Of a DNA stretch of 64,000 nucleotides, positions 30,243 through 40,377 are shown in pieces. Positions within the stretch are counted from its first letter, which is position 1. Every line of letters starts with the position of its first letter. A program made the translations under genes and the position numbers. The notes below the pieces were generated by a model. The model searched no databases and was not told the DNA's origin. It saw nothing but the letters and a program-made list of their open reading frames with translations. The stretch lies in contig CP122380.1 in assembly GCA_024650005.2 (NCBI GenBank), positions 32,001-96,000 of the forward strand, given 5' to 3'. This DNA comes from Candidatus Bathyarchaeum tardum (GTDB taxonomy: Archaea > Thermoproteota > Bathyarchaeia > Bathyarchaeales > Bathyarchaeaceae).

Positions 30243-30458
30243 AACCTCCAATTAAAACAACAGTGCTTTTATCTTTTGCCCGAGGGTCTGATTACACAAT
30301 AGGGAGAGAAATTAAGGCATTTATCAAGGACAAATTATTTTTGAAAAAGTAGGGGGAATATAAATTTCTGCTCCATAATACTTTAAAAACTATGAAGTGT
30401 GATTGATTCTATTAATTGATTAACTCTTCGTTGGTCGTTGCGAGAAAGGAGAAAATAC

Positions 30459-31433
30459 ATGCCAAAAGATTCCAAAAATCAAGTGGTAAACTTATCCAAG
30501 AATTCAAAGGTGCAACGTCTTATTAGCAAGTTTGTTAGCGGAGAGATTAAAACATTAAAACCAATTTTTGACGAAAAATACTGTTTCACTTATCCAATAG
30601 TTGATGAAATAATCGGTGAAGCTAATACAGAAATGTTCTTAGAAGAACTTACTAAAGGCGGAATCCTGAAACAAAAACTTCATGATAAAATCATAGAATG
30701 CCCATCATGTAAATCTTCAAAAGTTGCAACACATTACACTTGTCCGTATTGTAAATCGATTAACATTAAAAAAAGTGCCCTAATTGAGCACATAAAATGT
30801 GGCTACATTGACATTGAAGACAAGTTTCAAAACGAAGACAAGTTAGTTTGCCCTAAATGTGGAACTGATTTAATTCGTCCGGACTTGGATTATAACAAAG
30901 CAGGAGTATGGTGCAATTGCAATAGCTGCAACAAAAGTTTCGACATTCCGGTCCCAGATCATTTTTGTCGAGAATGTGAAACAAATTTCAATTTTGACGA
31001 TTCAACAATCAAAGATGTTTACGCGTATACTTTGACTCCACAAGCCGCAAAGGAAGCAAATGTTGAATCTATTTTAACAACTCCAATTACTGCACTTTTA
31101 CAAGAGTTTGGATATAATGTAGAAAGCCCAGGTTATTTAACTGGAAAGTCGGGGACCAAACACAAGTTTGATATTACTGCTACTGACGAAAACAAGAATT
31201 GCGTTACAGCAATGGATCTTGCATTTGCAGACGACGTTGTGTCTGAACAATCCGTAATTTCTATGTTCGCCAAAATCTTTGATACTGTACCAGACAATTC
31301 TTGCCTTGTTGCTGTTCCACAAATGAGTGAAAATGGCAAAAATTTAGCCAAACTTTACAACATAGAACTAATTGAGGCAAAAGACCAAACTAAAGCCCTA
31401 GAAGCTTTGAGGCGATTATGTCTTATAAAATAA
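30459..31433 (+). CDS. TackOD1-like multi-Zn-finger protein with C-terminal restriction-endonuclease-like domain
   Basis: CPSC..CPYC..EHIKCG..CPKC..DY..CNSC..CREC array, then GYNVESPG..GKSGTKHKFDI; AGGAG SD. Confidence 0.75.
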   Translation: MPKDSKNQVVNLSKNSKVQRLISKFVSGEIKTLKPIFDEKYCFTYPIVDEIIGEANTEMFLEELTKGGILKQKLHDKIIECPSCKSSKVATHYTCPYCKSINIKKSALIEHIKCGYIDIEDKFQNEDKLVCPKCGTDLIRPDLDYNKAGVWCNCNSCNKSFDIPVPDHFCRECETNFNFDDSTIKDVYAYTLTPQAAKEANVESILTTPITALLQEFGYNVESPGYLTGKSGTKHKFDITATDENKNCVTAMDLAFADDVVSEQSVISMFAKIFDTVPDNSCLVAVPQMSENGKNLAKLYNIELIEAKDQTKALEALRRLCLIK

Positions 31434-31437
31434 GAAT

Positions 31438-32784
31438 TTAATTTTCAGAAAATATTGCTGAATTTCCTCGTTCAGTTATAACCTTGACAACATAGTTTTC
31501 TGGGGGTAATTCAACATCAAAACTAACATAATTTTTGGTTGCGCCCGAATTTAAGAAAACATCTATGTCATAACGTTGATGAGTTGTTGAGTTTGATACC
31601 CACAACGAAACCAAACGCACAGTTAAAGAGCCCTGGTTTTTGAATGTAAACTGAGTTCCAGTAGTTTTCACGTTTATTCCCAGAAAATCTATGTCAATAC
31701 TTGTCTGGTCGATGTCACCACCTTCATCTAAAAGCTTGACATTAATTGTGCCATCAACATCAACATAATCTTGCCAAACATCAGTGAAATTCACGGTGTA
31801 GTAATCCCATCCGGTTGTTGGGGCGTGACCAGCAGTAACGTTGAATCCATTGTTACTGTAGGTGGATGATGACCAGTTATAGGCTTGAAGGTACCATTTT
31901 TCTCCCGCATCACTAGCCCGGTAAATCAATTGTAACTCAATTGTTTGAATGTGGTTCATTTGATAATCGGACAAGTCGACAAAAAAGTCTCCAGTAATAT
32001 CAAAGGCGTATGTAGCAGTAGTTGATCTTTTTTTTATTGTTACTTCATCAACACATGCTATTTCGTTAGTCCCAACAGTTTTAGCCCACCACCGAATCTG
32101 GAAGTTTGAAACAAAATATTGACTGTCTGTAACTGTTTGGCTGTAATGGTGCCAACCATTTGCAGATTCTAACAGATTAAGGTCTTGGATAGTATCCCAT
32201 GTGCTTCCGTCATAATACTGAAGAATAAAATCATCATTGTCAAGACGATGGTCATACCACCAGAACTCTACATATATTATTTCAGCATCTGAACAATTCA
32301 AGATAGGTGAATACAGATATCCTGACTGTCCTCCACCACTTGAGAAGCCATCAAATTGTGCAGAATATGTTCCATCATGTTGGTATTCATTTTTTTTGTT
32401 CCAGTTACCAGTTGCACTCCAACCAGCTGGTGGCCATTCAGCTTCAAAAGATTCGTTATTGATAAGAGTTACATTGTTTGTATCCAAACCTTCAGTGAAG
32501 CTTGCAAAGCTACCATCAATGGATGCTGTAGCAGTGTACGTTCCACTTGTTTTGGTTCCGGTATTAACTGTGTATTCGCTTTGTGCGGTAAGCCATAAAG
32601 CGGTTGTAGAAGATTTAGTGTTAACTATGGCTACGTTTTCTTTCATTTTTTCCCAGTCAGCTTGGGTCATTTCGTAGTCCCATAAGACAATGTCAGAAAC
32701 TATGGCCAACATAATCACTAGGCTGAGGGCAACAACTATGATGTTGCTTACGCCCCGGCGGTCGTTTCTAAGGCGACGAAACAT
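31438..32784 (-). CDS. large minor pilin/adhesin with class III signal peptide
   Basis: MFRRLRNDRRG-VSNIIVVALSLVIML; Thr/Ser/Trp/Tyr-rich beta domains; C-terminal YVVKVITERGN. Confidence 0.8.
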   Translation of the reverse strand: MFRRLRNDRRGVSNIIVVALSLVIMLAIVSDIVLWDYEMTQADWEKMKENVAIVNTKSSTTALWLTAQSEYTVNTGTKTSGTYTATASIDGSFASFTEGLDTNNVTLINNESFEAEWPPAGWSATGNWNKKNEYQHDGTYSAQFDGFSSGGGQSGYLYSPILNCSDAEIIYVEFWWYDHRLDNDDFILQYYDGSTWDTIQDLNLLESANGWHHYSQTVTDSQYFVSNFQIRWWAKTVGTNEIACVDEVTIKKRSTTATYAFDITGDFFVDLSDYQMNHIQTIELQLIYRASDAGEKWYLQAYNWSSSTYSNNGFNVTAGHAPTTGWDYYTVNFTDVWQDYVDVDGTINVKLLDEGGDIDQTSIDIDFLGINVKTTGTQFTFKNQGSLTVRLVSLWVSNSTTHQRYDIDVFLNSGATKNYVSFDVELPPENYVVKVITERGNSAIFSEN

Positions 32785-33169
32785 AGTAATCCGCAACTTG
32801 TGTTCCTCTCCCGGTTACAACTTTAATTTCATATTCAGTTTCTGGACTCCAACTGTAACTAACATGTAACCAACCATGTTTGCCCTCTTCCAAGTCCAAA
32901 GGTGAAAAATCTTGGCGTATCTGGTTAACGTAAACGGCATCAACATCAATTTTAATCCGTCCAATGTTACGAACATAAACAGAAATTTGGTCTGAATTAA
33001 ACCAAACATCTTCAACAATGACTCTTTCACTCATGTTGTTGTGCAGACCATCAGTGATGATATATGTTGCGCTAACAGCGATGGACATACCCGCCACTGC
33101 AATTACAGTCAATAAAAGACTGCTCAGCACGGGGCTTACCCCTTTTTTGTTTCGCAACACTTTTCGCAC
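32768..33169 (-). CDS. archaeal type IV pilin
   Basis: NKKG-VSPVLSSLLLTVIAVAG class III signal peptide; VRNIG; YEIKVVTGRG. Confidence 0.9.
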   Translation of the reverse strand: MRKVLRNKKGVSPVLSSLLLTVIAVAGMSIAVSATYIITDGLHNNMSERVIVEDVWFNSDQISVYVRNIGRIKIDVDAVYVNQIRQDFSPLDLEEGKHGWLHVSYSWSPETEYEIKVVTGRGTQVADYYVSSP

Positions 33170-33181
33170 TTATGTTCTCTC

Positions 33182-33997
33182 CTACACTACCAATTTGAAT
33201 GCCAAATATCCAAAGACTAGCAAAATGACGCTATGTTTTAGACCACCGCCAACTGTTCCTTCCCCCATTTTTCCTGCGACTAAACCGCCAAAGAAGGCTT
33301 GAATTGAACTCATATGAAAGAAGATACGTTTTGCTTCGTTTGCAGGCATCATTTCGAACTGGCTGAGTTTAAAATCAGCTATGTCAACAAAGAACGATTT
33401 TAGAAGTATAATAATTGTGAACAAGAAAACAAAGAAAGCAACATAAATAATTGCAAGATAGGGTCTAGTTTGGGTTTTGCGTTCTTCATCAAAGGTTAAA
33501 GTTGTTTGCACAAAACTTTCTAATGGTTCAAAAATTTTTTCAACTTGTCCACCTGAATGTTGTGATTCAATAATCAACGGAATTGTTTGACGCATAAGAG
33601 CAGTATCAACACGTTTACCTAACGACTTCAAAGCGTCTTCAAACGAAACTCCCCAGCTCATTTGGGTAACCATTTTTTCTAGTTCTTTACTCATGGCACC
33701 GTAGTTTCTTTTAGAAGTATCTTCTACTGCTTGGGGCAAGGTCATTCCAGATTTTTGTGCTTGTACTATGCTCCGAAACAGGTCGGGAAGATGTTTATCT
33801 ATAGACCTTTTCCATCGGTGATCAACATAATCAAGAACCGAAGCGGGAAAAACTGTAATCACTACTGCCAAAAGCAAATATTCATCGAAAAGAGGTGTAT
33901 CCCAAAGCAAAATCACTGCTACGGCACACACAATAACCCCTAAGGTGCCGGAGACGATCCACGCAATTTTCTTTTCATGATTTTCGATTTTTGGCAT
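33182..33997 (-). CDS. type IV pilus platform protein (T2SS F / TadC-FlaJ-like)
   Basis: LPDLFR....KSGMTL..A, YG.MS.E, WG.SFEDAL, SGG, GLVAGKMGEG..GGLKH. Confidence 0.9.
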   Translation of the reverse strand: MPKIENHEKKIAWIVSGTLGVIVCAVAVILLWDTPLFDEYLLLAVVITVFPASVLDYVDHRWKRSIDKHLPDLFRSIVQAQKSGMTLPQAVEDTSKRNYGAMSKELEKMVTQMSWGVSFEDALKSLGKRVDTALMRQTIPLIIESQHSGGQVEKIFEPLESFVQTTLTFDEERKTQTRPYLAIIYVAFFVFLFTIIILLKSFFVDIADFKLSQFEMMPANEAKRIFFHMSSIQAFFGGLVAGKMGEGTVGGGLKHSVILLVFGYLAFKLVV

Positions 33998-33999
33998 AT

Positions 34000-35004
34000 C
34001 TATCGCTTCGGTGAAACCATATCTATTATTACTAAAAATACCACAGAACCAATTGGTAATCCAATATAGGTAAGAAGCTGCAAGACAAGTCGTGAATCTA
34101 ATGAACCAAGAATGCCCCCACCTAACATTGCCATAACCGACAACATAACTACAAAGATGAGGGAGCCTGCAACCATCAAGGTAACATAAAATTCTGCCAA
34201 GACTGCAAGGTTATCCGAGAAACGTTTCAGTGAAATTTGTTTTAGTTTCATGTACTGTTCTGAGCGATTTCGGAGATATTTTACTAAACTTCCCCCAGAG
34301 TGAACTACAGAAATGAATCCTTCAATTAGTTCTTTGAATTTTTCTGACGGTGTCCGTTTGGAAGTGTTTTCTAAGGATGAAATAATGTCAAATCCTAGAA
34401 GTTCTACATCCCGAACAACATTTTTTGCCGTGTTAGAAACAGATAACGAATTATCAACTTGCGCCAAAGAATGCCAAATAGAATCGGCAGGCACACCTGC
34501 TCCTGCCAAGATTGACATGTAACCTGCTGTGAATGCAAGGTCGTCTTCTAGGTCTCGTTTTAGACTGTCTGCGCGGTAACTAGGATACGTGTAAAAAATG
34601 ACTGTGGTTAATGCCCCGCCAAGAAGGCTCAAGCCAACTCCAAACAAAATTGACAAAAACATAGAGAGTTTAACTACAAAAAACAAAACAGTGGGAACAA
34701 CCAGAATTATTGAAGTAAAAACCAACAAACTAACTAAAATTACGGTGCTAACGTATGCCTTGAAGTTTGTTTTCATTCCTGACTTTTTTAAACTAGAGTC
34801 AAGATCAGCAAATAACGGAAGAGCCTTTTTCACTTTTTCTCCAATTAGCTGATAAGCAAAAACATATGGCTTAGATTTCCCAAGATGAACACCATCAGAT
34901 AACTTGGAAACTTTACTGTTGTCCCCAGACTTTTTTCCCCTGAAAGCACTATTAATGCGCAAGTAAGCTCGTTTGAGCCACTTTCTTAGTTTTTGTGCAC
35001 TCAC
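34000..35004 (-). CDS. type IV pilus platform protein (T2SS F family)
   Basis: LKKSGM, YMSILAGAG, RDVELLG.D, RTPSEKF.E.IEG....HSGG, AEFY. Confidence 0.9.
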   Translation of the reverse strand: MSAQKLRKWLKRAYLRINSAFRGKKSGDNSKVSKLSDGVHLGKSKPYVFAYQLIGEKVKKALPLFADLDSSLKKSGMKTNFKAYVSTVILVSLLVFTSIILVVPTVLFFVVKLSMFLSILFGVGLSLLGGALTTVIFYTYPSYRADSLKRDLEDDLAFTAGYMSILAGAGVPADSIWHSLAQVDNSLSVSNTAKNVVRDVELLGFDIISSLENTSKRTPSEKFKELIEGFISVVHSGGSLVKYLRNRSEQYMKLKQISLKRFSDNLAVLAEFYVTLMVAGSLIFVVMLSVMAMLGGGILGSLDSRLVLQLLTYIGLPIGSVVFLVIIDMVSPKR

Positions 35005-36518
35005 GATTTTTCCATCCTAGCTCTGCGGAAAACCCGTATAGGATCAGCGTAATAGTCTTGGATAACTGAAACTACGTCTGTGTAATTGCGGATACCTTGG
35101 TTCACCATCCAGTCCAGAACGGTTTTTCGGTGAAAAAGTTCATCTTGAAGTTCTTTTTCATTAAGACCCTTCTGTTTCATTTTTTCGTCCAATAGATAAC
35201 TATGACCCGAATAGACGAACCGGTCAAATCTGGCGTCCCATCGGTAGACTTCGTGAGTTAGCAATTCTTTTGTTTTAGGGTCTAAACCAATAATTTCCGT
35301 TACTGAACGGGTTCTTCGAACTGGTTTACCTTTAACTTCTGTTCGCAGCTGAACAGGTATCGCATGTATCATGGTTAAAAGAGGTCGTGGAATGTTCATT
35401 GGCTCTGATTCCAAACGGTGAATAACAGAAGTTGCAGACTCGCCATGAATTGTTCCCATACCCAAGTGACCCGTCGCCATTGCTTGGAAAAGAGTATACG
35501 CTTCTTGACCTCGAACTTCACCAACAATCAGGTAGTCTGGTCGTTGCCTTACTGCTGCCTTCAACAAATCAAACAAAGTAACGTCTCCAGCGGCTTCATT
35601 CGCGTGACCAAAACCTGTTCGAGCAACAGAAGGAATCCAGTTTTCATGGGGTAAATTCAATTCAGCAGTGTCCTCTACGCTTACTAATTTCAGTCCAGGT
35701 TTGATGAACATTGAAAAACAGTTAAGAATCGTAGTTTTTCCTGAAGCAACGCCTCCAGCTACCAGAAAAGATGCTCTGTTTTCAATTGCAAACCAAAAAT
35801 ATGCCCCCATTTCTGCTGAAATTGTACCAAGGGCAATTAAATCTGTAATTGTCAAGGGGTCCAATCGGAAACGGCGGATCGTAAATGTTGAACCTCGTCG
35901 CGTGATTTCGTTTCCGTAGGTCATTTGAATTCGACTACCATCAGGCAACGACGCATCAAGAATTGGTGTTGCTAAAGAGATATTCTTTTTTGAAAGATAC
36001 GCCAGCCTTACAATAAAGGAATTAAGTTCTAAACTATCTTTGAAACTAACATTTGTTGAAAGGGATTCATAGTCACGGTGCCAAACATAGAGAGGTATGC
36101 CAACTCCGTCTGCTGAAATGTCTTCTATAAGAGGGTCTTTCATTAGGGCATCAATTTTTCCATAACCCAAAAAATCCCGTATTATGTAATAAGCGAGTTT
36201 GTCGATGGAACCCTCTACGATTTTTATTCGATAATCCTTGATTATTTCAGGAATTTTGGATTTCAGATAATCTTCTGCTTTTTTTCTAGTCTCGATTTCT
36301 TTGAGGTTAATGTCGATTTCTTCAATGAGTATTGTTTTGATTTCTTTTAGTAACTCTTCCTCTTCTTTGAGCAAGGTGGGCTCAATCAGTTCATATTTCA
36401 ATTTTTGATTGTTTGATTCGGTAACTATAGCTGCATAGACGTAGGGCTCATTTATTGGGTACACCTCACGGAAAACTGAGGCTTTTCGTCTAGGAGTGAA
36501 TTTTGAATCCGTTTTCAT
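35001..36518 (-). CDS. type II/IV secretion ATPase (FlaI/TadA/VirB11 family)
   Basis: GYGKID.LM.DP.IEDIS, Walker A GGVASGKTT, EDTAE, RQRPDYLIVGEVRG.EA, TGH...TIH. Confidence 0.95.
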   Translation of the reverse strand: MKTDSKFTPRRKASVFREVYPINEPYVYAAIVTESNNQKLKYELIEPTLLKEEEELLKEIKTILIEEIDINLKEIETRKKAEDYLKSKIPEIIKDYRIKIVEGSIDKLAYYIIRDFLGYGKIDALMKDPLIEDISADGVGIPLYVWHRDYESLSTNVSFKDSLELNSFIVRLAYLSKKNISLATPILDASLPDGSRIQMTYGNEITRRGSTFTIRRFRLDPLTITDLIALGTISAEMGAYFWFAIENRASFLVAGGVASGKTTILNCFSMFIKPGLKLVSVEDTAELNLPHENWIPSVARTGFGHANEAAGDVTLFDLLKAAVRQRPDYLIVGEVRGQEAYTLFQAMATGHLGMGTIHGESATSVIHRLESEPMNIPRPLLTMIHAIPVQLRTEVKGKPVRRTRSVTEIIGLDPKTKELLTHEVYRWDARFDRFVYSGHSYLLDEKMKQKGLNEKELQDELFHRKTVLDWMVNQGIRNYTDVVSVIQDYYADPIRVFRRARMEKS

Positions 36519-36664
36519 CCGATCTCACATTTAATCGATTCTTGTTAGCCCTAGCTAATTGATTGGTTTTGGTTTTTCAAGTATTGCCTAAAAAAATAGG
36601 GCTTCTTAAGACTTAATAAAACATGTGTATTTAAAATCACTTTACAAAATTAACAAGCAAGAAA

Positions 36665-38443
36665 TCAAACACCCCAAAAGGGTGATTCACGGCGCATAAG
36701 TTCCGTATATTCTACCAAAGCTTCAAGTTCATCAGGAGACAATCGGTCTTCAAACTTGGTCCGCAACATTTTAGCATGCTTTTCAGGTAAACGCACAAAG
36801 AAAATTTCACCTTCATGAATATGGCGACCAACAATCGTTTTATTTAACGAAACTGCAACCTGAGAACCAACCTTTGCTTCAGAGGCAGCTTTGCCTTTAT
36901 CCTGAATTTGTGAAATTTCTCCTATATTTTTTCCGTCTTCTTTAACAAGGATTTGTTTTGGTTTTACTGTTCCTGCTAGAACCTCAACACCCACAACTGC
37001 TGGTTTTGCTTTCCGAAAAACATAACCTGGAAGAAACCTGACTTTGACAGGCTTAATTAACCGGTTGAATTCTTCGTCAAGGCGAGCCTCATCTTCTTGT
37101 TTTAGCCAGTCAGTGTATTCGTCAATCAAACTGTAAATGGTTTTTTCGTTAAAAATGGGTATATCACGGTTTCTTGCTTCTTCTTCAGCGTCAGGTAAAA
37201 CTTTAACATTAAAAGCCAAAATCGCTCCATAGAGAGGCTCACGTTCTTTGACTACTGCCGCTTTGGTAACATCCCGTTTAGAAACATCGCCAACATCAGC
37301 TAATTTTATTGGGACCCCACTGTTTTTTAGGCTCTCGGCAATTGCTTCAAGAGAACCCAAAGCATCAGTTTTCAGAATAATTCCATCTAAATCAGTATCA
37401 ATTTTGATTTGTTCAACTTCATCAGTAACAAGCTGAACAAACTCGTCAAGACGATCTTCAGACGGAACAGTATAGACCGGTGCACCTGCTAAGGTGTCTT
37501 CAAGATCTGGAGCCGCAATTTTCACTCCCGCAGCTGCAGAAACACAATCAACAGAAGTAAACTTGTCTCGAGGATCCCGAATTTCATCTAAGGGTTTGGG
37601 CAAGAAAACCGCCCGAATGTTAGTCACAATCGGTTTTTCTTTAGCACCCACAACAATAAGATCACCTTTTTGCAGAATTCCATCATAAATAATCACGTTT
37701 GCTGTTATGCCTAGCCCGGGCTCTTCTTTTACTTCCAGAACGGTTCCTTTGGCTGGACCTTCTGTTGTTTTTAGCCTATGCTGCAGATAATGCTGGGTTA
37801 AACCGATTAGAACGGCTAACAGTTCTGGAATTCCTTCTCCTGTTGTTGCACTTGTAGGAACAATGGCGATTGTTTTGGAGAAATCTTTTACGTTGTCGAA
37901 TTTGTCGGTTCGGAATCCAAGACGAGAAAAGGTTCCCATAAGGCGATACAAGTTTTCATCCAAAGCTTGTTGAACGTAAGGGTCTTGGCTTTTATATGAC
38001 GCTGTGAAACTTTGTCCTTCTTTAGGTTTCCATCCCGGAACCCTGTCAAGTTTGTTTGCTGCAACAAGAAAGGGAGTTTTTTTTTCTTTCAAAATTTCGA
38101 TGCACTCATAAGTTTGGGCTTCAAACCCTTTCAAAACGTCAACGACAAGAATTGCAATGTCAGCTACTGCGCCGCCTCTTTTTCTTAAGTTAACAAAAGC
38201 TTCGTGACCTGGAGTGTCTACGACAAGTAACCCCGGAAGCTGAACATCTTTTTGCATTCCTTTAAACAAAGGTCCGCAGATTTTAGCCAAAGTTTCAACG
38301 GGAAAATAGCTTGCCCCAATGTGCTGGGTTATTCCGCCTACTTCGCGGGCTTGGACACTGCTTTTTCTGATTTTGTCTAGCAGTTTGGTTTTTCCAGCGT
38401 CTATATGACCTAATACAGAAACAATTGGTTGACGTATTGGCAA
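36665..38443 (-). CDS. infB: translation initiation factor aIF5B (IF-2)
   Basis: RQPIVSVLGHIDAGKT, GGITQHIGA, DTPGHEAF, NKLD, DALGSLEA; no intein. Confidence 0.97.
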   Translation of the reverse strand: MPIRQPIVSVLGHIDAGKTKLLDKIRKSSVQAREVGGITQHIGASYFPVETLAKICGPLFKGMQKDVQLPGLLVVDTPGHEAFVNLRKRGGAVADIAILVVDVLKGFEAQTYECIEILKEKKTPFLVAANKLDRVPGWKPKEGQSFTASYKSQDPYVQQALDENLYRLMGTFSRLGFRTDKFDNVKDFSKTIAIVPTSATTGEGIPELLAVLIGLTQHYLQHRLKTTEGPAKGTVLEVKEEPGLGITANVIIYDGILQKGDLIVVGAKEKPIVTNIRAVFLPKPLDEIRDPRDKFTSVDCVSAAAGVKIAAPDLEDTLAGAPVYTVPSEDRLDEFVQLVTDEVEQIKIDTDLDGIILKTDALGSLEAIAESLKNSGVPIKLADVGDVSKRDVTKAAVVKEREPLYGAILAFNVKVLPDAEEEARNRDIPIFNEKTIYSLIDEYTDWLKQEDEARLDEEFNRLIKPVKVRFLPGYVFRKAKPAVVGVEVLAGTVKPKQILVKEDGKNIGEISQIQDKGKAASEAKVGSQVAVSLNKTIVGRHIHEGEIFFVRLPEKHAKMLRTKFEDRLSPDELEALVEYTELMRRESPFWGV

Positions 38444-38528
38444 CAGCTTTTCCTCAATATTATTTTCAATAAACGGCGGCTATTTAGCTTATACTTTAAA
38501 AAAAGAAAAAGCTGAACTAGATTTGAAC

Positions 38529-39179
38529 CTAGTTTAATTTGTCAATAGCAATGTAACATTGAGAAAGTATCTTTTCAACTTCATCAATGTTGTAGTTGGC
38601 GTCAATGTCAGCTACCAAACCTTTGTTCCGCAAATAATCGGTAACTGGTTTGGTTTTTTCGTGATAAACTGCTAACCGGTTTTTTATGACTTCAGGTTTT
38701 TCGTCCGACCTTTGAATAAGTTCTCCACTGCAACCATCACAGACACCTTCAACTTTTGGAAGTATATTTTTTACATGATATGTTGAACCACATTTGTTGC
38801 ATGTTCGTCGTCCGCTGATTCGTTCCATTATTACTTCGTCAGGAGCAACAAAATTCAACGCCAAATCGAGTTTTTTGAAACTAGGCATTGCTTCTGCCTG
38901 GGGAACTGTTCGGGGATATCCATCTAGAATGAATCCGTTTTTGCAGTCATCTTCGTCGAGTCGGTTTTTTACTAGTTCGTTGACTATTTCGTCGGGAACA
39001 AGTTCACCACTGGAAACGATGCTTTTTATTCGCAATCCTAGAGGTGTTTCGTTTTTTATGGCATTACGGAAAAGGTCACCAACAGAAATAGTTGGGATGA
39101 TATATTTTTTTGCAAGATATTTTGCGTATGTTCCTTTGCCTACTCCAGGCGGGCCAAGGACAACAAGATTCATGGTCAA
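38529..39179 (-). CDS. adk: adenylate kinase, bacterial/eukaryal monomeric type with Zn-binding LID
   Basis: GPPGVGKGT, GDLFR, GELVPD, GFILDGYPRT..QA, GRR.CNKC...CDGC...QRSD; GGAGGT SD before TTG. Confidence 0.93.
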   Translation of the reverse strand: MTMNLVVLGPPGVGKGTYAKYLAKKYIIPTISVGDLFRNAIKNETPLGLRIKSIVSSGELVPDEIVNELVKNRLDEDDCKNGFILDGYPRTVPQAEAMPSFKKLDLALNFVAPDEVIMERISGRRTCNKCGSTYHVKNILPKVEGVCDGCSGELIQRSDEKPEVIKNRLAVYHEKTKPVTDYLRNKGLVADIDANYNIDEVEKILSQCYIAIDKLN

Positions 39180-39225
39180 TCATTTAACCTCCGAAGTATG
39201 ACAAAAAATAGAGAAAAATAAGGAA

Positions 39226-39423
39226 TTAAGCTCTTCCTTTCTCTTCCTTTCCGAAGTATTTTGTCCACTTGACTTTTCGTGAGTCACGCTTTAAGTTGAT
39301 AGAACTTTTTCGGCACTTGTTAGAACAGAACTGTAATGTTGTTCCGTCGTTTCGGACGTACATCATGCCTGTGCCTGGCGGAAATTCATGCCCGCAAAAT
39401 GAACAAATTTTGGACTTTGGCAC
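39226..39423 (-). CDS. rpl24e: 50S ribosomal protein L24e
   Basis: CSFCG..FPPGTG.MYVRNDG...[12 protein letters not shown]. Confidence 0.97.
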   Translation of the reverse strand: MPKSKICSFCGHEFPPGTGMMYVRNDGTTLQFCSNKCRKSSINLKRDSRKVKWTKYFGKEEKGRA

Positions 39424-39435
39424 GTTAATTCACCT

Positions 39436-39657
39436 TTATCTTCTGAGCCGTTTTGCTTCCCGTTCAGTGTCTCGCAAAACAAGAATGTCGTTTGCACGAA
39501 CTGGACCTTTCACGTTTCTTGTTATGATTCGTCCTTTGTCTTGTCCTTCAAGAACACGAACTCGAACCTGAGTAATTTCGCCAGTAGTCCCTGTTCTTCC
39601 AACTACTTGGATGACTTCTGCGGGAACTAGCTCATCAGATTCTTCTCGTTTGCTCAT
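39436..39657 (-). CDS. rps28e: 30S ribosomal protein S28e
   Basis: [26 protein letters not shown]. Confidence 0.97.
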   Translation of the reverse strand: MSKREESDELVPAEVIQVVGRTGTTGEITQVRVRVLEGQDKGRIITRNVKGPVRANDILVLRDTEREAKRLRR

Positions 39658-40037
39658 TCAGAGCCCTTCTGTTTAAGTTCCTCAAGTCTGCTTGAAATTT
39701 CCTTCACCAAAGCGACAGCCTCACCAACATTGGCGATTGCTGCTGCAGCTGAAGAAACTTCGATTCCGGAGGAAACTCCAAGTTTTTCTCTACTGGGTAC
39801 GAACACGTAAGGAATTTTACGTTCTTCACAGAGAAGTGGAAGATGTGCCACAACTTCCGGTGGGTCAACATCGTTTGCAATAACTACAAGTTTTGCTTGA
39901 CCTCTTTCTACGGATTTTGTTGTTTCGTTAGTACCAATTCTAACTGATCCTGTTCGGCTGGCTATTTGCAGGGCTTCATAGGCTGCATCTGCCACAGCTT
40001 CAGGAACCTCAAATTTTGCATAAAATGGTTTTGACAT
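39654..40037 (-). CDS. rpl7ae: 50S ribosomal protein L7Ae
   Basis: GTNETTK.VERG.AKLV.IA.DVDP.E...HLP.LCEE..IPY; GGTGAGG SD. Confidence 0.97.
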   Translation of the reverse strand: MSKPFYAKFEVPEAVADAAYEALQIASRTGSVRIGTNETTKSVERGQAKLVVIANDVDPPEVVAHLPLLCEERKIPYVFVPSREKLGVSSGIEVSSAAAAIANVGEAVALVKEISSRLEELKQKGSE

Positions 40038-40190
40038 ATGCCTCACCCTTAGTTTTTCAAGTGCAGAGTTTATCGATAACAGGCTTTATCAATGTTTCTA
40101 CCTGAACTGCCTAGGAAATAAACATTTAGATTTAGAATTTTAGATTTTTGATTGCCATTTTGTTAGAAAAAACAACATAGAAAAGCCAAG

Positions 40191-40377
40191 TGCCCTCATC
40201 GGGTTTGTACCACGCCACCCTGATAATTCAAATTTTGGTTATCTCACGTTGAGATGATACATAAACGGGATTTACGCATGCAGATCAAGCTCACGATGAG
40301 AGCAAAAAACGGATAGGCCGAGTTACAGTAATAAGTCTTATGAATCCACAACCAAGCTTCAACTAATGGTGAGGACA
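40191..40377 (-). ncRNA. candidate structured non-coding RNA (~187 nt), family unrecognised
   Basis: Complementary ends, several internal hairpins, about 43% GC vs about 24% in the left flank (hand count), TTATAA at 40400-40405, U-tracts downstream on the minus strand. Confidence 0.5.

Noticed and set aside
31438-36518. Archaellum operon
   Set aside because: No FlaH/FlaF/FlaG or archaellin-type N-terminus; two platform genes indicate a pilus.
40038-40110. Autoregulatory K-turn in the rpl7ae 5' UTR
   Set aside because: Could not build a convincing tandem GA/AG plus flanking stems by eye; needs a covariance search.
40191-40377. RNase P RNA, SRP RNA or hammerhead ribozyme identity for the candidate RNA
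   Set aside because: Missing GAGGAAAGUCC-type P4 strands, the SRP helix 8 motif and the CUGANGA/GAAA core.
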